Assembly: GCA_028868715.1 (NCBI GenBank)
Contig: JAGWUB010000002.1
Span: 79,605 to 143,604 of the forward strand
Direction of reading: 5' to 3'
Length of the DNA: 64,000 bases
Origin: Patescibacteria group bacterium
Lineage (GTDB): Bacteria; Patescibacteriota; Minisyncoccia; Phycocordibacterales; UBA9973
A program made the position numbers and the translations under genes. Every line of letters starts with the position of its first letter. Position 1 is the stretch's first letter. This document shows positions 57,348-64,000 of the stretch, in pieces. The notes below the pieces were generated by a model. It worked only from the letters and a program-made list of their open reading frames with translations. It made no database searches and had not been told where the DNA came from.

Positions 57348-59861
57348 ATGCAAAATAAAAATACTCAGAAAAATATACGCCTTTCTAAAAATATAGTCCC
57401 AATTGAGTACAAAATACGCCTCAAACCTGACTTGGAGAACTTTACTTTTGATGGAATTGAAACGATTACCCTGTCTATTTTAGAAAAAACAAAAACCCTC
57501 ACCCTGCACTCCAAGGAAATTGACATTGAGACAGCTGATGTGTTGCTTGGTAAAAACCCTCATACTGGCGAAATAGAAAAATTATTCGCTAAAATTTCTT
57601 ATGATACCGAACGAGAAACGGCTACTTTTTCATTTCAAAAATTTATTCCAAGGGGGAAAATCAAATTGATTCTAGTCTTTCGTGGAATTCTCAATGATAA
57701 AATGCGTGGATTTTATCGCAGTAAGTATTTACACGGTGGCAAGGAGCACCACATGGCCACAACCCAATTCGAAGCCACCGATGCTCGGCGTGCATTTCCG
57801 TGCTTTGACGAACCGGCAAAAAAAGCTGTCTTTCATATATCACTCGTAGTACCAAGAGGTAAAACTGCAATTTCAAATACTCTGCCAGTCTCAGTGGTCA
57901 AACATGAAGCGGGGTATAATATTATGGATTTTTCTCCAACCCCAAAGATGTCTACTTACCTTTTGGCGTTTATTATTGGAGATTTTGAGTTTATTGAAAG
58001 AAAAACGAAACGCAACGTCCGTGTGCGTATATACACGACTCCTGGTAAAAAACATCAAGCAAAATTTGCCCTCGACTGTGCCGTAAAAACTCTAGAGTTT
58101 TATGAAAAATATTTTGACATAAAGTATCCTTTGCCTGTTTTAGATATGATCGCTATTCCTGATTTTGCTTCAGGGGCAATGGAAAACTGGGGCGCTATTA
58201 CCTATCGCGAGAGTGCCCTTTTAGTAGATGAAAATCACTCCTCGGCTTCAAACAAGCAGTGGGTGGCACTCGTGGTAGCCCACGAGCTAGCGCACCAATG
58301 GTTTGGTAATTTGGTAACCATGGAGTGGTGGACACATCTGTGGCTCAATGAAGGTTTTGCTTCATACATAGAATACTTGGCTGTAGATAAACTTTTTCCC
58401 AAATGGGATATCTGGACACAGTTCTCTACAAATGATTTAGGTGTTGCTTTGAGGCTCGATGCCCTTTTGCATACACATCCGATAGAAGTGGAAGTTCACA
58501 ACCCAAGTGAGATCGGGGAAATATTTGATGAAGTATCCTATTCAAAGGGAGCGTCGGTGATAAGGATGTTGGCAAATTATCTAGGTGAAAAAGATTTTCG
58601 CGATGGCCTACGCTACTATTTAAAAAAGCACAGTTATAAAAATACAGAGACATTGCATTTATGGAAGGCTTTTGAAAAAGTTTCTCGAAAACCAGTTACA
58701 AAAATAATGCACAATTGGACAAGCAAACCTGGTTACCCAGTCGTGAAAGCAGATATGGTAAAAGGTAAGGTTAATTTCTCTCAAAGTAGATTCTTTGCGA
58801 GCCCAGTGTCGGCCAAAAAATCCAAGGATAGAACAAAATGGGAAATTCCAATTATTTATAAAAAAAACAAAGTAAACTTTGGTGAGACTGGTTTTTATAG
58901 GACAGCTTATTCAAAAGAGCTCTTGCAAAAACTTTATGAGCCAATACAGGATAAGAAATTAAGTGCTCGAGATAGACTTGGGGTAATTCGAGATCTCTTT
59001 GCCCTATCCGAAGCGGGAGTAATACCGACGACAGATGCGCTAGAATTTCTTTCTGCATATAAAAATGAGGACAATTATACTGTGTGGCTAGAACTTGCTA
59101 TGGGCTTTGCTCGCCTAGAGCAACTTTTGGCTAATAATAAGCTAGCGCTAGAAGGATTAGACAGACTTGTAATTGATTTATTCTCCCCCACCTTGGAGCG
59201 ACTCGGCTGGGATAAAAAAGATAAAGAGTCTCACGCAGACACATTACTCCGCTCGCTTGCAATCTCACGTCTCGGTCGAGCTGGAAACAAAAAAGTAGTA
59301 GCTACTGCGCGGAATAAATTTAAAAGTGGTCGCATCAATCCAGACCTTCGGGGAGCTATTTATGGTGTTGTCGCTTCTAGTGGTGGAGTTAAAGAATTTA
59401 ATGAATTTATAAAAAAATATAAAAAGGAAAGTTTACATGAAGAAAAAAATCGCATAGGTAGCGCGCTTGGAGATTTTAATAATGAAAAAATCCTTAGATT
59501 GGCTTGTGAGTTTGCAATGTCAAAGTATGTCCGTACTCAAGACACTGTCGGCATCCTTTCTTCTGTGGGAGCAAACCCTCTTGGTCGCGATGTGTGGTGG
59601 AATTATATTCAAAAGAATTGGAAAACACTCGTATCGCGCTACGGTGAAGGTGGGCTCACTCTTGGCCGAGCGGTGAAAGCCATCGGGGGTAGCGCCGAAG
59701 AGCGTCACTTAAAATCATTCAAAAAGTTTTTTGAAACGGCTGATGCCCCTGGCGCCAAGCGCTCCATAGACCAAGTCATCGAGCGACTCGAAGGTAACGT
59801 CGCTTGGCTGAAGCGAGATGAAAAGAAAATTAATGAATTTCTAAATAAACTTGACCGATAG
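57348..59861 (+). CDS. pepN: aminopeptidase N (M1 family)
   Basis: GAMEN exopeptidase motif, HELAHQWFGN...E zincin motif. Confidence 0.9.
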   Translation: MQNKNTQKNIRLSKNIVPIEYKIRLKPDLENFTFDGIETITLSILEKTKTLTLHSKEIDIETADVLLGKNPHTGEIEKLFAKISYDTERETATFSFQKFIPRGKIKLILVFRGILNDKMRGFYRSKYLHGGKEHHMATTQFEATDARRAFPCFDEPAKKAVFHISLVVPRGKTAISNTLPVSVVKHEAGYNIMDFSPTPKMSTYLLAFIIGDFEFIERKTKRNVRVRIYTTPGKKHQAKFALDCAVKTLEFYEKYFDIKYPLPVLDMIAIPDFASGAMENWGAITYRESALLVDENHSSASNKQWVALVVAHELAHQWFGNLVTMEWWTHLWLNEGFASYIEYLAVDKLFPKWDIWTQFSTNDLGVALRLDALLHTHPIEVEVHNPSEIGEIFDEVSYSKGASVIRMLANYLGEKDFRDGLRYYLKKHSYKNTETLHLWKAFEKVSRKPVTKIMHNWTSKPGYPVVKADMVKGKVNFSQSRFFASPVSAKKSKDRTKWEIPIIYKKNKVNFGETGFYRTAYSKELLQKLYEPIQDKKLSARDRLGVIRDLFALSEAGVIPTTDALEFLSAYKNEDNYTVWLELAMGFARLEQLLANNKLALEGLDRLVIDLFSPTLERLGWDKKDKESHADTLLRSLAISRLGRAGNKKVVATARNKFKSGRINPDLRGAIYGVVASSGGVKEFNEFIKKYKKESLHEEKNRIGSALGDFNNEKILRLACEFAMSKYVRTQDTVGILSSVGANPLGRDVWWNYIQKNWKTLVSRYGEGGLTLGRAVKAIGGSAEERHLKSFKKFFETADAPGAKRSIDQVIERLEGNVAWLKRDEKKINEFLNKLDR

Positions 59862-60460
59862 TGTATACTTGGAACATGGTCAAGGAAGTAAATGGACGAA
59901 CAACTGAATATCCAATAAACGATATATTTTTAAAGCGGTATTCGCCACGGGCTTTTTCGGGTGAGGCTATCAGTAAGGAAGAGCTAATGACCCTATTTGA
60001 GGCGGCTCGCTTCGCACCATCGGGCTCAAATGTCCAACCCTGGCGCTTTATCTATGCCATGCGTGAATCCCCAGAATTCCATGACTTTTTAATGTTCCTT
60101 ACAGAGAGTAATAGAGAATGGTGTGCTAAGGCTGGAGCCCTAGTCGTCACTATTTCTAAAACCACGAGAGATAATGGTGTACTATCAAAGACCAATAGCT
60201 TTGACGCGGGACTTACAGTTGAAAATCTACTTTTGCAGGCCACAGAGCTAGGCCTATACGCGCACCCTATGGCCGGTATAGTGCCTGAGGTTATAAAAGA
60301 AAAATTAAATATTCCTGATGAATATAAAATCGAGATGATGATAGCTATAGGCAAACCCGGCAAAGTATCCGAGCTCTCAGAACGCAATCGCATACGCGAA
60401 AAACCTAGCGACCGCAAACCATTAAGCGAAATAGTTTTTGAGGGAAAATTTTCCGTTTAA
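59861..60460 (+). CDS. nitroreductase family protein
   Basis: RYSPRAF...SGSNVQPWRF nitroreductase motifs. Confidence 0.8.
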   Translation: MYTWNMVKEVNGRTTEYPINDIFLKRYSPRAFSGEAISKEELMTLFEAARFAPSGSNVQPWRFIYAMRESPEFHDFLMFLTESNREWCAKAGALVVTISKTTRDNGVLSKTNSFDAGLTVENLLLQATELGLYAHPMAGIVPEVIKEKLNIPDEYKIEMMIAIGKPGKVSELSERNRIREKPSDRKPLSEIVFEGKFSV

Positions 60461-60795
60461 CTCATCGCATCCACTTTCGCGGCGACGATGAAATCATTTT
60501 CAGAGAGACCATCAATTGTGTGGGTCCAAAGTTCTAGAAGGACTTTGTTGTAATGAATGTGAATATCAGGATGGTGCCCTTCTTCTTCAGCTACGTCAGC
60601 TACCCTCTCCACAAAATTTATCGCTCCGATAAAGTCTTGAAATTTATATTCTTTGGAAATTTTTTTAGCATCCGCAGATAATGTCCAGCCATGTGATTCA
60701 TCTATATAATCTTGCGCATCAGCTCGGCTCATAGGCTTGAGGTTCTTGTCTTCACACGGAATACATTTTTTCTTTAATAGTTCTTTTTGGTTCAT
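60457..60795 (-). CDS. pterin-4a-carbinolamine dehydratase (DCoH/PCD)
   Basis: EEGHHPDI and WTH motifs. Confidence 0.8.
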   Translation of the reverse strand: MNQKELLKKKCIPCEDKNLKPMSRADAQDYIDESHGWTLSADAKKISKEYKFQDFIGAINFVERVADVAEEEGHHPDIHIHYNKVLLELWTHTIDGLSENDFIVAAKVDAMS

Positions 60796-61709
60796 TAATT
60801 TTGTTCTCTTAGCTTTGCAATCTGGTAAATACTAAATACGAGAACGAGTGCTGCTGCCCATTGTGACGCAGAAAGCATAGTATGGTTTACAACCATATCT
60901 AAAATAATAGCGATAAATGGAAATGTTAATTCCAAAATAGTGGAGATGTGTACTGGGGTTTTAGCAAGACCTTTGTAATAAATAAGAAGTGCCACCATTC
61001 CAGTAGACACAGCAATCAAAGCTAGGAGCTCAAATTGAGTCATGGATGGTATCGCCAGACCAGCACCAGCCGAATGTCCAAACAAAAGCAGAAGCGGTAA
61101 TGCGAAAATCAGAGTAAATAAAAATCTATAAAAAGTACTAACCTTGAAGTCCACTTTTCCGAGAAGCATTTTGGAAAATGTGGTAGATGAACCCCAAGCA
61201 AAAGCAGCGCCGAGAGCATATAGGGCTGCAATGATTGTGCCCTCACCTGTTTGCAAATTAACTACGCCGTTTGGAAAAGTCACAAAGTAAGCAGAAATTA
61301 TGGCGAGGAGTGCCCATTTTATATATCTTCTATCGATTTTTTCTTTCAAGAAGATTCTCGCAGTAGAAATAGCGAAAATTGGCTGGAGTTTTTGCAAAAG
61401 GAATACTACGGATATGGAAATAAAATGAACCTTGCCGAGTGCTGTCGTAAACCAAAGTGTGCCGAAAAGTCCACTCAAGATAGCGATCAAAACTATGAGC
61501 CACCATTCGCGTTTGGTAAGTTTAGTTTCTAAAACATATTTATAAACAAAAGGTGACAAAAGTAATAAACCAATTAAGTGTTCAAAAAATATTATAGTAA
61601 TCGGAGGTAATGTATAAAGGTGCTGACGAATGAGACCGTCAAAGGCCCAAAGAGTCGCGGCAATTAAAATAAATATTGGACCAGTGTATGATGTAGATGT
61701 ATTTTCCAT
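60795..61709 (-). CDS. DMT/EamA family transporter
   Basis: 10-TM protein with duplicated EamA pattern. Confidence 0.7.
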   Translation of the reverse strand: MENTSTSYTGPIFILIAATLWAFDGLIRQHLYTLPPITIIFFEHLIGLLLLSPFVYKYVLETKLTKREWWLIVLIAILSGLFGTLWFTTALGKVHFISISVVFLLQKLQPIFAISTARIFLKEKIDRRYIKWALLAIISAYFVTFPNGVVNLQTGEGTIIAALYALGAAFAWGSSTTFSKMLLGKVDFKVSTFYRFLFTLIFALPLLLLFGHSAGAGLAIPSMTQFELLALIAVSTGMVALLIYYKGLAKTPVHISTILELTFPFIAIILDMVVNHTMLSASQWAAALVLVFSIYQIAKLREQN

Positions 61710-61720
61710 AGGGTTTTAGT

Positions 61721-62047
61721 TTAACATTTTTTTAAATCTTTCTCTATCTGCGAGATCAATTCTGATTCCGTTGCAAACTTTTCAAACTTTCGGATGAATT
61801 TTTTTATCCGTAAGGTCGCAACTTTACCATAGGCATCCTCCCTATATCCAAATAAATGCGCCTCAGCGCGACCGGCTTCATTTATCACAATCGCCGCTCG
61901 GTAAACCTTATTCTTTATAATAGCTTTTCCCGCATATATTCCAGGAGATGGCTCTTTAGCTTTCACATCTAAATTTATAGTCGGAAAACCAAGCTTCCTG
62001 CCATACTTATCACCGGGAATTACTTTTCCTGAAATTACGTATTGCAT
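61721..62047 (-). CDS. riboflavin kinase (monofunctional RibF C-terminal domain-like)
   Basis: GRKLGFPTINL flavokinase motif. Confidence 0.7.
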   Translation of the reverse strand: MQYVISGKVIPGDKYGRKLGFPTINLDVKAKEPSPGIYAGKAIIKNKVYRAAIVINEAGRAEAHLFGYREDAYGKVATLRIKKFIRKFEKFATESELISQIEKDLKKC

Positions 62048-62054
62048 TTAAATT

Positions 62055-63413
62055 TTATTGAGAGAGTCTCTCGTCTATACGCTCCATGTCTCTAGGAAAC
62101 ATTGAAGCTTCGCGTACATTTTTAAGACCCAAAATTTGCATCGTAATTCTTTCAGCGCCGAGAGCAAAACCACCTTCAGGTGGAACGCCATATTTAAATG
62201 CTTCCAAAAACATTTTTATTTTATTTGGATCCATTTCCCAAAGTTTTACATGCTCCAATAACTGATTATAATCATTTATTCTGCGTCCACCAGAGAGCCA
62301 TTCCAAGCCACGGCAAAGTAAATCTATGCCCTCGTTTACTTCTGGATTCTCGGGATTAGGATAAACATAGAAAGGTTTTTTGCGCGTTGGGTAGCCATAA
62401 ACGAATACGAAATCAGAGCCAGTTTCTTTTTTTATAATCTCACACAGTTCCCTTTCATCTTGAGCATTTAGGTCTTTTTCATGTCGCACGTCACGTTTAA
62501 AATTATCAAATATTTTTTGCTGAGCTTCCTTGAGCGAAATAGTCGGAGTTTTTTCAATCATTGTTGGTAGTTCGGCTTTTAGTAGTTTTAATTCTTCAGC
62601 ATTTTTTTCTTTTATACTTTTTAATATAAATCGGACAGTTTCCTCGGCCATGTCTCGAATATCTTCCCAACCATCTATAAATGCCATTTCAGCATCTAGT
62701 GAGACGACTTCGGTCAAATGCCTAGTAGTTGCGCTTGGTTCAGCCCGAAAAATTTTATTAACTGAAAAAACTCGCTCAAAAGCAGTCATAACTATTTGCT
62801 TATAGAGCTGAGGTGATTGAGTCAAAAATGCTTTTTTGTCAAAATAATCAATTTGAAAAACTTCACTGCCACCTTCGGCGACTGCTGGCGTAATACTTGG
62901 AGCCTGGAATTCAAAAAACATATTCTTCTTCATAAATTCTCTAAAGGAATCTATGACAGTCTCTTCCACTTTAAAGACAGCTTGAATTTTGGGATGACGT
63001 AAAACGAGTGCACGATTATCGAGCTCGGTTACTAATTCTAAATTATATCCGTCGAGTGACATATCAAATGGCAATTCTTTGGCGGCACTCAGTATTTCAA
63101 TGTTTGTAACCTCGAGCTCTACTTCGCCATTTAACACACTAGCTTTGATGTTTTTTTCTGGGCGTTTATTTACCAACCCCGTAATTTTCAGAACCCACTC
63201 AGATCTTATGTGCTTAGCTTGTTCAATAGCTTCCGTGTGAACGGGTAACGTCACACACTGCACCTTGCCAGTCATGTCTCGCATATCAAAAAATACCATC
63301 TTACCTTGATCACGCCTGACATCTACCCAGCCGGCGATAATGACTTCTTTGCCCACGTGGTCCTTTAAATCTTTGATAAAAATACGATTTTTCATGTAAA
63401 AACATTTTATCAT
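62055..63413 (-). CDS. aspS: class IIb aspartyl-tRNA synthetase (archaeal/non-discriminating type; AsnRS not excluded); start possibly at second Met (63395)
   Basis: N-terminal OB anticodon-binding fold, class II motifs including FRAE and GGGxGxER-like GFALGAERI. Confidence 0.75.
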   Translation of the reverse strand: MIKCFYMKNRIFIKDLKDHVGKEVIIAGWVDVRRDQGKMVFFDMRDMTGKVQCVTLPVHTEAIEQAKHIRSEWVLKITGLVNKRPEKNIKASVLNGEVELEVTNIEILSAAKELPFDMSLDGYNLELVTELDNRALVLRHPKIQAVFKVEETVIDSFREFMKKNMFFEFQAPSITPAVAEGGSEVFQIDYFDKKAFLTQSPQLYKQIVMTAFERVFSVNKIFRAEPSATTRHLTEVVSLDAEMAFIDGWEDIRDMAEETVRFILKSIKEKNAEELKLLKAELPTMIEKTPTISLKEAQQKIFDNFKRDVRHEKDLNAQDERELCEIIKKETGSDFVFVYGYPTRKKPFYVYPNPENPEVNEGIDLLCRGLEWLSGGRRINDYNQLLEHVKLWEMDPNKIKMFLEAFKYGVPPEGGFALGAERITMQILGLKNVREASMFPRDMERIDERLSQ

Positions 63414-63454
63414 AGAAAAAAAATATTGGCGAACGTCCTTTTGAGAGCATTCGC
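63410..63454 (-). terminator. putative terminator upstream of aspS (GGCGAA-16nt-TTCGCC + T run on minus)
   Basis: Seen directly. The loop is long, so this is a weak call. Confidence 0.3.
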
Positions 63455-63575
63455 CAATTATTTGTTACTAGGCACGGTTTATGCCGAACACACGAAAGTG
63501 GGCCAAATCCTTCAATTCGTAGCCCTAAAACCAGTCTTCGTCTATGTTCCAAGCCATGGACATATGTTTACCTCC

Positions 63576-63830
63576 TTATAAAAAATTTGGAACTTTTTCA
63601 ATACACCCAGACGCTATAAGTTTTTCGAATTTTTTGATAGTGGTTGTTATTTTATATCCACTGGAAAATTCGAAATCAATACTTATTGACGTTGGCCGGA
63701 AAACAACTAGAGTGGTGTCTTTGGGGATCAAAGTAGTCACCTCTTGGATTTTACTGGTTGAACCAGAACCCACAAACTGTTTTACGGTAAAACTAATTTC
63801 CCGTAAAAGAACAAATCGAGACTTTTCCAT
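63576..63830 (-). CDS. hypothetical protein (strand uncertain; overlapping + ORF 63544..63852)
   Basis: ORF only. The minus strand is preferred for consistency with its neighbours. Confidence 0.25.
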   Translation of the reverse strand: MEKSRFVLLREISFTVKQFVGSGSTSKIQEVTTLIPKDTTLVVFRPTSISIDFEFSSGYKITTTIKKFEKLIASGCIEKVPNFL

Positions 63831-64000
63831 AGTACTTAATTCCTCCTACTAAAATTTTTATATCAAAGAACAAAAAATGACGCTCTTTTGCGTCACTCAG
63901 TGGATTCCTTGTTTGAAATAGTCTAGAAAGAAATCAACAGACAGGCGCAAAAGCAAAGTGCTTTGCGTCCCACCAATAACTTACTATTATATTTACTGTT

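Overview
This is an AT-rich bacterial chromosomal segment (about 35-38% GC by eye), almost fully coding and mostly on the minus strand.

**Housekeeping content**
- Complete F1Fo ATP synthase operon (atpI-like, atpBEFHAGDC).
- Cell-envelope genes: murA, murF, mraY, ddl, mreB, an ftsQ-like gene, rseP.
- Replication, repair and segregation: a short dnaX, holB, a priA-like gene, topA, dprA, parB, scpAB, rmuC, a DnaQ-type exonuclease, an Ogt-like methyltransferase.
- Translation: serS, a class IIb aspS/asnS, gatB, prfA, frr, rpmE, rplY, obg, miaA, dus, rsmI, plus rpmG, which is missing from the ORF track.
- Five tRNAs: Gln-UUG, Leu-CAA, Trp-CCA, Ile-GAU, Glu-CUC.
- The standard genetic code applies, since TGA terminates miaA. 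No rRNA genes and no CRISPR array were found.

**Organism**
- Several reduced features point to a small-genome, Patescibacteria/CPR-like organism: a gamma-only DnaX, a PriA with its ATPase motifs lost, a Rel lacking its C-terminal domains, DedA paralogs, and many secreted or anchored hypotheticals. This is inference, not a database result.

**Main finding**
- An accessory locus lies at about 1.3-7.9 kb next to tRNA-Gln. It starts with a secreted/surface-protein cluster (a GH18-like protein, a zinc-ribbon membrane protein, a Big_2-like protein with N/Y-rich repeats, and an anchored hypothetical).
- It continues with a tightly packed three-gene minus-strand cassette followed by a GIY-YIG gene.
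- The cassette encodes a 396-aa protein with an N-terminal zinc ribbon and a C-terminal NucS/RecB-family PD-(D/E)xK nuclease core. The residue spacing D-14-ExK-13-QxxxY was read directly from the sequence.
- The other two cassette genes are a 130-aa unknown and a 215-aa membrane-anchored unknown.
- The cassette is bracketed by imperfect direct repeats. One copy is fused to a 15-nt duplicate of the tRNA-Gln 3' end, which suggests an integration or remnant att structure.
- I consider this the best candidate for an undescribed defense-like (Shedu/NucS-like effector) system in the window. The claim rests on motifs and should be tested.

**Secondary points**
- A compositionally atypical GC-rich islet sits at 49.9-50.8 kb, and a GC-rich small gene at 370-630.
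- A Tat-signal HExxH protein lies beside mraY/murF.
- A secreted coiled-coil protein carries a lytic-transglycosylase-like C-terminal domain.
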